From Minisyncoccota bacterium (GTDB taxonomy: Bacteria; Patescibacteriota; Minisyncoccia; UBA6257; 2-01-FULL-56-20): DNA of 64,000 bases. The stretch covers positions 51,762-115,761 of the forward strand of contig JARLIC010000137.1 in NCBI GenBank assembly GCA_031291905.1, read 5' to 3'. The notes beneath the pieces were generated by a model. That model saw only the letters and a list, made by a program, of their open reading frames with translations. It was not told the origin of the DNA and made no database searches. This document shows positions 54,226 through 63,066 of this stretch, one piece after another. Numbering within the stretch: the first letter of the stretch is position 1; every line of letters begins with the position of its first letter. The position numbers and the translations under genes are program-made.

Positions 54226-55180
54226 GAACACGAAGATTCAGTGGGCCACGCACACCTGGAGCCCACATCGTGGATGTGCGAAAATCAGCCCTGGGTGTGC
54301 TAATTGCTACGCGGAACGCGGCAGTCATCGCAACCCAGGACTATTCGGCGTATGGGGAGTGAACGGCAACCGAGTCATCAACGCTGACTGGGACAAGCCG
54401 CTGGCGTGGGACCGCAAGGCCGCCAAGCTCGGCGAACGGCACCGCGTGTTCCCGTCGCTGTGCGACCCGTTCGAGGATCGCGAGGATCTGGACGGGTCGC
54501 GGTCGCGGCTTCTGGAGTTGATCAGCAAAACGCCGAACCTCGATTGGCTGCTACTGACGAAACGTCCCGAGAACTGGCGTCCGCTGATGCAAAGATTGGC
54601 GAACGCCGGAGTCAGCGACGGCGACTGCTTGGCGGGCGACTGGCTCGCCGGAAATCCGCCCGCCAACGTCTGGCTCGGCGTGTCGGTCGAGAATCAGGAA
54701 TACGCGGACAAGCGTCTGCCTATCTTGCTTCAGATCCCAGCCGCGATCCGCTGGGTGAGCTATGAACCCGCGTTGGGGCTAGTCGATTTTAAACCTCATA
54801 TCTGGGACATCGACTGGATCGTATGCGGTGGCGAGAGCGGGCCAAGGGCCAGGCCCTTCGACCTTCGCTGGGCCGAAGCCGCACGCGATCAATGCAAGGA
54901 AACCGACGTGTTGTTCTTCATGAAGCAGGCCGGTTCTCGGCCGATCATGAGCAGCGACGAGGCCAATCCCATCAAGCGGGCCGTCTGCGAGAAATACAAC
55001 GCCGGCTGGATCGAGCGGCACATCACCGATCCCAAAGGCGGTGCGATCGAGGAATGGCCAGAGGATCTGAGGGTCCGCGAGATCCCAGTTGTCGGAGCGA
55101 CGCCAGCCGAGATCAAGAAGGCCGAGGCGAAGGGGATGCCGCTGTTTGATTCTACAGAGAAGGAGACTGGCCTTGAGTGA
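54218..55180 (+). CDS. Phage Gp37/Gp68 (DUF5131) protein
   Basis: TKIQWATHTW...GCAKISPGCANCYAE, LLTKRP, NVWLGVSVENQ, WIVCGGESG, FFMKQ. Confidence 0.9.
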   Translation: MAENTKIQWATHTWSPHRGCAKISPGCANCYAERGSHRNPGLFGVWGVNGNRVINADWDKPLAWDRKAAKLGERHRVFPSLCDPFEDREDLDGSRSRLLELISKTPNLDWLLLTKRPENWRPLMQRLANAGVSDGDCLAGDWLAGNPPANVWLGVSVENQEYADKRLPILLQIPAAIRWVSYEPALGLVDFKPHIWDIDWIVCGGESGPRARPFDLRWAEAARDQCKETDVLFFMKQAGSRPIMSSDEANPIKRAVCEKYNAGWIERHITDPKGGAIEEWPEDLRVREIPVVGATPAEIKKAEAKGMPLFDSTEKETGLE

Positions 55181-55475
55181 CGCGAAAGAGATTATCGCCA
55201 AGCTGGAATTTATCGATGGTATTCATAGTCTGTATCAGGACGATCGAAAGACGATCGACGAGGCTATTGAGTTCATTGAGCGGCTAACGAAGCCGATGAC
55301 GCTGAAAGAGTGCCGCGACATCTTGAACGCGAACGAGTACAGCTTCGATCTCTGGGACGCACCTTGGGAAGTAGAGGGCGACGTGCTCTACAACGGGCTG
55401 GACGCACTGACATTGTTTGAGGCAAACGCACTGTCGCGTGCCTACATGGTCCAGAAGGAGGCTGGACGTGGCTGA
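55173..55475 (+). CDS. Hypothetical protein
   Basis: TTG start after GGAG; coupled. Confidence 0.55.
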   Translation: MSDAKEIIAKLEFIDGIHSLYQDDRKTIDEAIEFIERLTKPMTLKECRDILNANEYSFDLWDAPWEVEGDVLYNGLDALTLFEANALSRAYMVQKEAGRG

Positions 55476-55842
55476 AACGAGCGAACTGCTAAAAGAGATC
55501 CGGCACGTCCTGGATAGCGAGAATACCGAGATAATAGATCTCTACGACGCCCTTGAGAAGGCGGCCGAGTTCATCGAGGGATGCGGCAAGCCAACCGAGA
55601 AGATCAAGGCGAAGTCGAATACGACGAAAGGGCTTCTCGAAGCCTGCCTGTGCGGCAAGTCTCCCGTCGTGCTCGACAACACGGCGAACGGCAAGTGGTC
55701 GATCGGATGCTATCAGGCGTTCTTCGGGCTGATGCCGGGCGAAACTGAATGCAAGGACAGGCCGGCGGTCGTTGAAGCGGAGTCGCGAGGGCATGCGGTC
55801 GAGACCTGGAATGAGCTGATCGTGCGGCGCAGGAATGCGTGA
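55468..55842 (+). CDS. Protein with a Lar-like C-terminal zinc domain
   Basis: CLCGKSP...WSIGC...C...AVETWN. Confidence 0.55.
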   Translation: MAETSELLKEIRHVLDSENTEIIDLYDALEKAAEFIEGCGKPTEKIKAKSNTTKGLLEACLCGKSPVVLDNTANGKWSIGCYQAFFGLMPGETECKDRPAVVEAESRGHAVETWNELIVRRRNA

Positions 55843-55896
55843 CGCCGCGAAGTCCGCCTTGCAATTCCATATTAGTAGACGAGAACAGGAGAGAAC

Positions 55897-56640
55897 ATGG
55901 GGATTCCGAGGGCGATCCTGTGTACGCCAAGATTTTCCGACGAGGTCAACGCTTTGTCGTTCATGTCCTCCCAGAATGCGACAAGAAATGAACTTCATCC
56001 ACCCGAAGATCATATCGAGATCGTGTACAACGTCGGCGCGAAAGGGTCGCTTTTGACCCTCTGCTTCAACCAGCTCCTCGTCGAAGCCCTGAATAAACGA
56101 GACGAAGGCGAAGTCGATTATATAGTCATGGCTCACGCGGACATAGCGGCCAGCCCAGGATGGCTCAACGTCTTATTCTCTCGCCTCCGCCAACGCGGAG
56201 ACGTGGTCGTGTCGGCGGTCGTGCCGATCAAGGAGCCGCAGAAATCCAAGACGAGCTGTGCCGTCGGCTCGCGCAGAGACCACTACGATATCCGCCGCTA
56301 TATCACGACAGAAGATCGCCTGTCGACGCCCGAGACGTTCGCCACCAAAGATGTCGCAAGGGACGACGACGAGGTTTTGCTGATAAATACAGGCATGTGG
56401 ATCGGAGATCTTTCATGGCCAGGATGGGACGCCTTCGCGTTCGACTTCGAGAACAAGATCATGGTGAACCCGGCCAGCGGGAAGCGCCAGGCGTTTTGTC
56501 TTCCTGAGGACTGGGCCATGTCTTTTGCCCTAGATGAGGCCACCGCTCCGTACAGTGCGTCGTGGGCCGTGCAAACCTACCATTTTGGCCCGAGCGTCTG
56601 GGATAGCCACGAGATTCCGGCTGCCGTGGGGGCGCAATGA
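55897..56640 (+). CDS. GT-A glycosyltransferase-like protein
   Basis: FNQLL...YIVMAHADI...VVSAVVPIK...NTGMW...PEDWAMS. Confidence 0.7.
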   Translation: MGIPRAILCTPRFSDEVNALSFMSSQNATRNELHPPEDHIEIVYNVGAKGSLLTLCFNQLLVEALNKRDEGEVDYIVMAHADIAASPGWLNVLFSRLRQRGDVVVSAVVPIKEPQKSKTSCAVGSRRDHYDIRRYITTEDRLSTPETFATKDVARDDDEVLLINTGMWIGDLSWPGWDAFAFDFENKIMVNPASGKRQAFCLPEDWAMSFALDEATAPYSASWAVQTYHFGPSVWDSHEIPAAVGAQ

Positions 56641-56825
56641 GCAAGACGAACTCGGATCGCGACCGGCTCAACTTCATCGGCCAATCCTATGCCACCGTCA
56701 ACCATAACGGCCATGCGTGGGAAGTCAGGTTCATGAACGGCCAATGTGCCGTTCACAAGCAGCTACGCAAAGCCGTGGACGAGGCTATGCGATTCACCAA
56801 AGCGATAACCCGGGACGGAGATTGA
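56637..56825 (+). CDS. Hypothetical protein
   Basis: DRDRLNFI...LRKAVDEAM. Confidence 0.55.
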   Translation: MSKTNSDRDRLNFIGQSYATVNHNGHAWEVRFMNGQCAVHKQLRKAVDEAMRFTKAITRDGD

Positions 56826-56960
56826 ATCCATGTCCACCACCGCATTTTTGATCTATGCTTCTTTCGTGGCCGGAGCCGCCTGTGCGGTCGCCTTCTCTTG
56901 GGTCGTCTCCAAGATCACCTTCCGTCCCAAAAAATAGACACCAACAGCAAGATATTTCGC

Positions 56961-56989
56961 TTGCTTTTTGGTCGGCGTCTTGCTAAAGT
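56961..56989 (+). promoter_or_regulatory. Sigma70-like promoter overlapping the 18-bp palindrome
   Basis: TTGCTT-N17-TAAAGT. Confidence 0.45.
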
Positions 56990-57034
56990 ATAGAAAGGAG
57001 AAGATCAATCGTAACAGCAAGACGGAGGGACAGT

Positions 57035-57253
57035 TTGAGCGTTGTGAAAGAGGCTGTTTTCGTCACGGTTCTGATCGTGGCGTGGTACGCGGCGTGGCTG
57101 GCGATCGATTTCGTCAGACCCATGGATACGGCGGAAGCCAGGAAGTCGAATCCCGGGGCCGTAACGCCCGAGAACGCCCCGCTTCTTGGGCCTGGAATCG
57201 AGCGAACGATCGAAGCGTTGGGCGGATCAGTGGAGGAAGGGGTTGAGCCTTGA
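57035..57253 (+). CDS. Single-TM hypothetical protein
   Basis: GGAGG RBS; TM AVFVTVLIVAWYAAWLAI. Confidence 0.55.
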   Translation: MSVVKEAVFVTVLIVAWYAAWLAIDFVRPMDTAEARKSNPGAVTPENAPLLGPGIERTIEALGGSVEEGVEP

Positions 57254-57328
57254 GTGAAGATTTCAAGTCGGTCATTGCGTTCGAAAAGGCTTGCGGCAAG
57301 GAATTGGACGCAGTGGAGGGAGAGTAAG

Positions 57329-57514
57329 ATGGCAAAGATGCTGAGGATCGTGGTTCGGTCCTATATTTTCGACGAGGTCGACATCGCCGAAGACGAGTGG
57401 AATGCGATGAGCCGCAAAGACAGGGAAGACATGGCTCGCACGGTTTTGCGAGGCGCGGGCATCTGTGACATCGAGTTTAACGAAGAGTATCTGGACGAAG
57501 GGGAGGACGACTGA
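57329..57514 (+). CDS. Hypothetical protein
   Basis: MAKMLRIVV...EDEWNAMS; RBS present. Confidence 0.5.
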   Translation: MAKMLRIVVRSYIFDEVDIAEDEWNAMSRKDREDMARTVLRGAGICDIEFNEEYLDEGEDD

Positions 57515-57516
57515 AC

Positions 57517-57963
57517 GTGGAATCAGCTTTCAGGCAAGTTTGCCGGTTTGAAGAGGCGTTCGGACATGAATTGTCCAGTAAGCCTCCGGCAGCACCAAGC
57601 AGGGATACGATCCGGCTTCGGCGGAAACTGATCCTTGAAGAAGCACGAGAGACGCTGGCTGCTCTCCGCGTCGTCCAGAAGGCCGTTGAGGCTGGAGACT
57701 CCGTGACTGGCGAGATGCTGGCCGAGGTGGCTGATGGATCGGCGGATTTGCAATTCGTCTGCAAGGGAACCGATGTCGCCTTTGGGGTCGACGGGCCTGC
57801 GGTCATGAACGAAGTGTGCCGAGCCAACCTCTCGAAATTCGGCCCTGGCCACTACTACGACGAGACGGGAAAGCTCAGAAAACCACCGGGATTCAAGCCT
57901 CCCGACATTCTCGGCGTGATCATGAATCAGAAGCCACTCGCTGAGTTGTACGGGAGCGAATGA
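57517..57963 (+). CDS. MazG-like (PRA-PH/HisE-type) nucleotide pyrophosphohydrolase
   Basis: LRRKLILEEARE...EVADGSADL...EVCRANLSK...GKLRKPPGFKPPDI. Confidence 0.85.
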   Translation: MESAFRQVCRFEEAFGHELSSKPPAAPSRDTIRLRRKLILEEARETLAALRVVQKAVEAGDSVTGEMLAEVADGSADLQFVCKGTDVAFGVDGPAVMNEVCRANLSKFGPGHYYDETGKLRKPPGFKPPDILGVIMNQKPLAELYGSE

Positions 57964-58214
57964 TGCATGAGTCCCGACGCCACAAGATCCTGGCCCGCAT
58001 CGAGAAGCGGAAGTGGCCTGAAGGCGACACTGCCTACATTCACCCTTTCTACTTTCCCGGCGTAAAGTCGAAGACAATAACGACGTGGGACGAGTTCTGT
58101 GTCGCGATGGGAATCGAATCGAAACTCAGGGAGCCAGAGATTGAGTATCCTGACCGGAATAAGTCCGTCCCAATGGGAGCGAGACCATATCATCGCCGTA
58201 AGGCAGGGCGTTAA
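57960..58214 (+). CDS. Hypothetical protein
   Basis: ATGA-coupled. Confidence 0.5.
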   Translation: MMHESRRHKILARIEKRKWPEGDTAYIHPFYFPGVKSKTITTWDEFCVAMGIESKLREPEIEYPDRNKSVPMGARPYHRRKAGR

Positions 58215-58530
58215 GTACATCGCCGAGCACGATGCTGTGCCGGACACACCGATGTGGGACATGCTGGTTCATCGTCACGAGATCAATACCGCGAGGTTCG
58301 ACCACTACCATCACGTCGTCGGCAACGCTCTCGAAGAACTAGCCAGGCGACGCCTGACCGAATTCACCTGCCCGCCGCCCTACGACCACAAAGCCCCGTG
58401 CATCCCGTCGATCGAATGCCGGCCCGAAGTCCCGCTCCATCCCCAGGTCGTGCCTGAGCCGGGTTCGGTGATCAGCCTTGTTATCGGGCTCGTCCTATTG
58501 ATGGCTTTTGGCGTGAGGAGGATGCGATGA
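58141..58530 (+). CDS. PEP-CTERM sorting domain protein
   Basis: C-terminus VPEPGSVISLVIGLVLLMAFGVRRMR; start uncertain (TTG 58141 after GGAG). Confidence 0.8.
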   Translation: MSILTGISPSQWERDHIIAVRQGVKYIAEHDAVPDTPMWDMLVHRHEINTARFDHYHHVVGNALEELARRRLTEFTCPPPYDHKAPCIPSIECRPEVPLHPQVVPEPGSVISLVIGLVLLMAFGVRRMR

Positions 58531-58877
58531 GCACGTTCTACGCGAAATCCAGCAAGGTCGACGCGGTGCAGTGGTTCAAGGAAGGCGATCATCCCGACGT
58601 CTATATGCTCGGCGGCGACCCGTACTTCAAGACAGAAAACTCGGTCGTTCCTCAAGACGTGAATCCTGGGGATTGGATCGTCACGCCGCCGAACGGCAGG
58701 TCGATGCTTTGTTCGCACGAAGAGTTCAATGAGGCGTACGGCCAAGAAAGCGATTCCATCAAAGCCTTCGCCAACCACGTCCGCGACGTCAGCAGCGAGT
58801 TCTCGTCGGTCCACGGCAAGCGGTTGATCGTCGTCGATGAGAGCAAACTGAAAGCGTTCCTGCAAGCAACGGAGTAG
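58527..58877 (+). CDS. PGDYG-like conserved phage protein
   Basis: VDAVQWF...VNPGDWIV...EEFNEAY. Confidence 0.65.
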   Translation: MSTFYAKSSKVDAVQWFKEGDHPDVYMLGGDPYFKTENSVVPQDVNPGDWIVTPPNGRSMLCSHEEFNEAYGQESDSIKAFANHVRDVSSEFSSVHGKRLIVVDESKLKAFLQATE

Positions 58878-58881
58878 AGCG

Positions 58882-59496
58882 ATGGCCGCAAAGACCACCA
58901 GGATCAAGAGGCTGACCAAGAAGAAGAAGGATGAGGCTGCGAAGAACGTCCCGTTGGCCAAGCACATCGCGAAGAAAATGGGATGGCGAGATCTTCCGAT
59001 GGAGGATCAGATCCAAGAGGCGTCCGTCGGCCTGTGCAAAGCGGTGAACGGATTCGATCCATCCAGGGGAACGAAGCTGAGCACCATGATCGGCCGATGT
59101 GCGATGAACGAGATCTTGTCTGCGAGGCGGAAGTACGGTTTGATCCGGATACCAGACTACCTCCAAGAGAAAGCGAACGCCGAACACGGCCTCCAGAAGC
59201 ACGTCAAACAGGCCGGAAAGCGGCTCAGTATCGACGGGATATCGGAGGACTCGGAATTTCATCCAAGGTGCCCCGAAGACGACGACTCCGAGTTCGGCTG
59301 GAAGGCGATGCGGGCGGTTCGATGGGCCGTCCAGAAGCTTCCGCCGATCGAGCGGGACGTGATTCGCGGGCTGATGTTCCGCCAGGAAACAGCCCGCGAA
59401 CTGGGCAAGAAGCACGGCGTCCACGTCTCGGTGGTGCGTCACCTGAAAGACACAGCCTTGGCGAAGTTGCGAGCGAGTTTGGTTAAGCACGTGTAA
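58882..59496 (+). CDS. Sigma-70 family RNA polymerase sigma factor 1
   Basis: NVPLAKHIA, EDQIQEASVGLCKAVNGFDPSRGTKLST, LIRIP, LPPIERDVI, ELGKKHGV. Confidence 0.85.
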   Translation: MAAKTTRIKRLTKKKKDEAAKNVPLAKHIAKKMGWRDLPMEDQIQEASVGLCKAVNGFDPSRGTKLSTMIGRCAMNEILSARRKYGLIRIPDYLQEKANAEHGLQKHVKQAGKRLSIDGISEDSEFHPRCPEDDDSEFGWKAMRAVRWAVQKLPPIERDVIRGLMFRQETARELGKKHGVHVSVVRHLKDTALAKLRASLVKHV

Positions 59497-59511
59497 ATAA
59501 CTGGGGGCGAC

Positions 59512-60072
59512 ATGGCCAAAAAGAAGCCGACCGCGAAAGGATTGATTCCCTTTGACCTGCCATTGAATGAGGAACAAAAAGAACTGGCGGCGTCGTGCGA
59601 GAGGATGGTGGTGAACATAGCGAAGAAGTCGGCGAATCGGAACAACAACTTCGACGACCTGATCGACGCCGGGCAGATGGGCCTCATACGAGCCGCCCAG
59701 ACATACGACGAGGCGAAAGGTGCGTTTTCGACGCACGCGTATCGGTGGATTTTAGCGAAAGTGCTGAGAGCAAGACATGAGCTAAACAAGAACAACGCCA
59801 GAAAGGATTACGCATTCGACGTGCGGAATCTTCCGTCTCGCCCGGCCGAAGACACCTGGTTTGACCCAGATGTCGTATTGCAAGCCTTCGACTCCCTTCC
59901 CAGGCAACTTCAGGACGTTGTTCGACTCAGGGTCTGGGATGACGACGCCAAGAAGCTGGATAAGGTCGCCAGGCGGCTGGGCTGCGTAAAACAAACGGTC
60001 TTAACCCGCCAAGCCAAGGCGTTCGGAATCCTCCGCGACACGCTCTGGCGATACGCACGGGAGGCTTCATGA
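59512..60072 (+). CDS. Sigma-70 family RNA polymerase sigma factor 2
   Basis: MVVNIAKK, DDLIDAGQMGLIRAAQTYDEAKGAFSTHAYRWI, LPRQLQDVVRLR, VARRLG. Confidence 0.85.
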   Translation: MAKKKPTAKGLIPFDLPLNEEQKELAASCERMVVNIAKKSANRNNNFDDLIDAGQMGLIRAAQTYDEAKGAFSTHAYRWILAKVLRARHELNKNNARKDYAFDVRNLPSRPAEDTWFDPDVVLQAFDSLPRQLQDVVRLRVWDDDAKKLDKVARRLGCVKQTVLTRQAKAFGILRDTLWRYAREAS

Positions 60073-60422
60073 CCAACTCGTGCCCCGGCTGCCGATCAAC
60101 CAAGGTCCAGCCCGTCTTGTCGCTACATGTCGGCTGGCGGGTCTTGTGCTCCGGGTGCTTGATGATGGGGCCGATCGGCGTGGATCAGACGGACGCGGAG
60201 AACAGGTGGAATAGGTTGCCACGAGTTTCCGATTTGGACGCCGAGATGAGGTATTTGTTCGATGTGATCAGTGCTGTCGCCAGGGGAGCCCATGACGACG
60301 AGCAGATGGAGTTCAGGACAAGTCTGAGCGGCTCTTGGATGACGGTAGGCGGCATCCGAAGGGCTGTTGCTCAGTGGAAGAATCTGCCTCGTGCGGAATA
60401 CGCTATTGAGGAGCTGCCATGA
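60069..60422 (+). CDS. Lar-like zinc-binding protein
   Basis: CPGC...WRVLCSGCLMMGP...AENRWNRLPR. Confidence 0.65.
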   Translation: MTNSCPGCRSTKVQPVLSLHVGWRVLCSGCLMMGPIGVDQTDAENRWNRLPRVSDLDAEMRYLFDVISAVARGAHDDEQMEFRTSLSGSWMTVGGIRRAVAQWKNLPRAEYAIEELP

Positions 60423-60703
60423 GTATGACCCTGCACCAGCTCGCCGACGAGCTTCTGGAGATCCGCCGCTACGTGCGGAGCCACCCAAAGCACGTCAAGG
60501 AGCGAATGGCTGTGATTAACGATCGCGACATTGTGAATGTCGGGCGGTATCACCCATTCCATAGAAAACTGAAACGAATGGCGACCAATGTCAACGCCGG
60601 TCTCGATCGCATCGTCGTCGACCCCGAGATCCTCGAAGGCTACCTCTACGGGGCCGCCGCCGAGATTCGTGAACTCGCTATAAAGCTGGAAACTACAGGA
60701 TGA
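60419..60703 (+). CDS. Hypothetical protein
   Basis: ATGA-coupled. Confidence 0.55.
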   Translation: MSMTLHQLADELLEIRRYVRSHPKHVKERMAVINDRDIVNVGRYHPFHRKLKRMATNVNAGLDRIVVDPEILEGYLYGAAAEIRELAIKLETTG

Positions 60704-60718
60704 TTCGGGGGCCTGGAG

Positions 60719-61018
60719 ATGGGCTGGAGAGAACGCAATCGGCCACCGGGCTTCAGGCATCTCAAGCGAGTCTGGTGCAAATACCTTGAGCGGCTTATCT
60801 GGCGGGAATCGGGCGCTTGGCGTGGCAACAACAGAAGCTATCGCGGCTGGGTCCGCCACATGAGAACAACGGCGGAAATTCGGGCCTACGACCCAGAGTT
60901 CTGCCGAGCGAAACGAAGCCCGCACCGACTGCCGGATGTTCGCGACGGCTACTGGCGGCGGAATCAGAGATGCTGGAAACGATTCCGGTCCTCGCAGTAC
61001 AAAATGAGGCCGATGTAA
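60719..61018 (+). CDS. Basic Arg/Trp-rich protein, paralog A
   Basis: MGWRERN...RAYDPEFCR...QRCWKRFRSSQYK. Confidence 0.7.
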   Translation: MGWRERNRPPGFRHLKRVWCKYLERLIWRESGAWRGNNRSYRGWVRHMRTTAEIRAYDPEFCRAKRSPHRLPDVRDGYWRRNQRCWKRFRSSQYKMRPM

Positions 61019-61039
61019 CAATTAGGAGGTAGGCGATTC

Positions 61040-61246
61040 ATGGCAAAGGCAATGGATATCACGGGGCAGGTTTTTGGTAGGCTAACTGCCGTGAGCCGGC
61101 TTGTTGGCCCAAACATTTCCACCGTCAGCATGGACCACGCCGTCGAGGTCGCCCAGGCCGCACGGCTGAAATTCATTCGGGATAACGAAGGCAGGCTCAG
61201 CTACGATCCCGACTGGCACCTGAAGAATCGTTTCGCGGAGGAATAA
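61040..61246 (+). CDS. Truncated HNH/AP2 homing endonuclease remnant
   Basis: DITGQVFGRLTAV N-terminal motif but no nuclease core; AGGAGG RBS. Confidence 0.55.
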   Translation: MAKAMDITGQVFGRLTAVSRLVGPNISTVSMDHAVEVAQAARLKFIRDNEGRLSYDPDWHLKNRFAEE

Positions 61247-61250
61247 TCCA

Positions 61251-61523
61251 ATGGGCTGGCGGGACAAGAATCAGCCCCAGAACGGCAGTCGTTGCTGGCA
61301 CGCCTACGGATGCCTCAACAAGTTCATGGGGCGAAAGTGGGCGAGCGGAAACTACTATCGCCATTTCCGCGTCATGCGAATCCTGAAGGCTTGCGATCCC
61401 GAGTTCAACAGGCCCGGCCGAAGCTATCGCCAGACGCCGCATCCTTGGGACGACGTCTACATAAAGTGCCAGAAGACGTGGAAGAAATTCCGCAGAACCA
61501 GATGGAAACCCAAACAAACATGA
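61251..61523 (+). CDS. Basic Arg/Trp-rich protein, paralog B
   Basis: MGWRDKN...KACDPEFNR...PWDD...QKTWKKFRRTRWK. Confidence 0.7.
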   Translation: MGWRDKNQPQNGSRCWHAYGCLNKFMGRKWASGNYYRHFRVMRILKACDPEFNRPGRSYRQTPHPWDDVYIKCQKTWKKFRRTRWKPKQT

Positions 61524-61774
61524 GCGAGAAACCAAAGTGTCCAGCGAAATGGACGCTACCTGAAATCATTTGGGCATTGCGTGATATTAAATATCTGGGA
61601 CACGACCAGTGGAAGATGGTCGCTGGCAAGAGCGGTCGAGCGAAGACGCATATCCAAGGTTCTCGCTACGACGCGCTTCTTGACATCGAGACAGCCAGGG
61701 CCGTCGTTGCGTGGGAGAAAGTCCGACGCGGAGACTGGCGGCTATCGGTAGCAGCAAACCCGGAGACATCATGA
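61520..61774 (+). CDS. Hypothetical protein
   Basis: ATGA-coupled, MSEKPKC start. Confidence 0.55.
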   Translation: MSEKPKCPAKWTLPEIIWALRDIKYLGHDQWKMVAGKSGRAKTHIQGSRYDALLDIETARAVVAWEKVRRGDWRLSVAANPETS

Positions 61775-61965
61775 CCACCGGCATCACCAAGGCTGCCCTG
61801 GATCAACTGCCGCCCTTCGAGGCTTGGGTGATCAAACGCCGGCTTGTCGACAAAGAGAACTCGTGGAGGCGACTGGAATCTGAATGCGGTCTAGCCGTCT
61901 ACCGTTTAAAGCAGATCGAGCGTGAGGCTTTACTGAAGTTGTTTAATCCCGAGGGACAAGTATGA
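61771..61965 (+). CDS. Stand-alone sigma region 4-like HTH protein
   Basis: ALDQLPPFEAWVIKRR...RLKQIEREALLKL. Confidence 0.65.
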   Translation: MTTGITKAALDQLPPFEAWVIKRRLVDKENSWRRLESECGLAVYRLKQIEREALLKLFNPEGQV

Positions 61966-62909
61966 CCCGCCCCCCGATCCCGCTTCTTGCCCCGAACGTC
62001 ACTTGCGGCTTCCCGTATTTCGATCCCGACGTCTTCGAGACAGGCTTGGGCGTCCAGTATTTCAAGGAAGCCGGCGTCGCACTGATCTCGCGTCCTAACG
62101 TGAATATCGCGGCGGCTGCCGGGTTCCTGGACAGCTTTGACGACAGCCTTGGGTTTCGCGAGTACCTGTTCGACCCCGTGAATATCGACGACGGGGCGCA
62201 AGCGGCCAAGTACGCGGGACAGGGGTGCTATCAAAGCTATAGTGCGAAGAGGACCTGGAACAAGGACGCCGGAAGGTATCTCGACCACATCAAGGAGTTA
62301 GGTCACGGCTCCGTTCTTGAAGCGGCCAGTTATGGGTTCCAGTTCTGGGGAGTCGACCGAGCACTTACGCATGAGTTGGTCCGGCACCGGATGCTCAGTT
62401 TTTCACAGACATCGCAACGTTTCTGCGATGACAAAGCGTTGCGATTTGTTGAGAGGCCGGAGTATCAGCCCGAAAGATTGCCGGACGACGCGGGCGACGA
62501 ACTTAAGAGAGATGTCGCGTGGGCAGACACGAAGTTTCAGCAGATCATTAATAGTTTCGTGAGTCATTACGAATTATCCGCCGAGAATCTTGGCTCCGCT
62601 CGCGACCACGGCCATCCGCTGCTTCAAGGCGGCTCGGCGACCGAGAAGCGTAAGCATCTCAATCAGGTCGCGAGAGAATGCCTTCCCAATTGTTGCGAGG
62701 CCCCGATCGTCGTCACCGGCAACGCGAGGGCTTGGCGCGGATTCCTGGACCAGCGAGCCACGCCGCACGCCGACGTGCCGATCCGCGAGTTGGCCATCAA
62801 GGTTCTGAAAGCGTTATTGGTGACGAGTCCATTGTTGTTCGGCGACTATGAGATCGCGAAGCAGGATGATGGAACCGAGGCCGCTACGACCGCCTACCGC
62901 AAGGTCTGA
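61962..62909 (+). CDS. thyX: Flavin-dependent thymidylate synthase
   Basis: GHGSVLE, RALTHELVRHRMLSFSQTSQRF (RHRX7S), ARECLP, TGNARAWRGFLDQR. Confidence 0.95.
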   Translation: MTRPPIPLLAPNVTCGFPYFDPDVFETGLGVQYFKEAGVALISRPNVNIAAAAGFLDSFDDSLGFREYLFDPVNIDDGAQAAKYAGQGCYQSYSAKRTWNKDAGRYLDHIKELGHGSVLEAASYGFQFWGVDRALTHELVRHRMLSFSQTSQRFCDDKALRFVERPEYQPERLPDDAGDELKRDVAWADTKFQQIINSFVSHYELSAENLGSARDHGHPLLQGGSATEKRKHLNQVARECLPNCCEAPIVVTGNARAWRGFLDQRATPHADVPIRELAIKVLKALLVTSPLLFGDYEIAKQDDGTEAATTAYRKV

Positions 62910-63066
62910 AAGCCATGCCAGAAACCGACCACGCCAGATACATCAGCCTTCTAACCAACCTGTACTCCGGTGCGACGTTGAGCGATAGTGAGCATATCGA
63001 GTTGACGAATTTGCATTTCGCGAATATAGCCAGGGTTGGAAAGATCACCACCGAGGGTGCGGCACC

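Noticed and set aside
58527-58877. Assigning the PGDYG-like protein as an anti-defence sponge
   Set aside because: The family pattern is recognisable, but I cannot support that function without a structural search.
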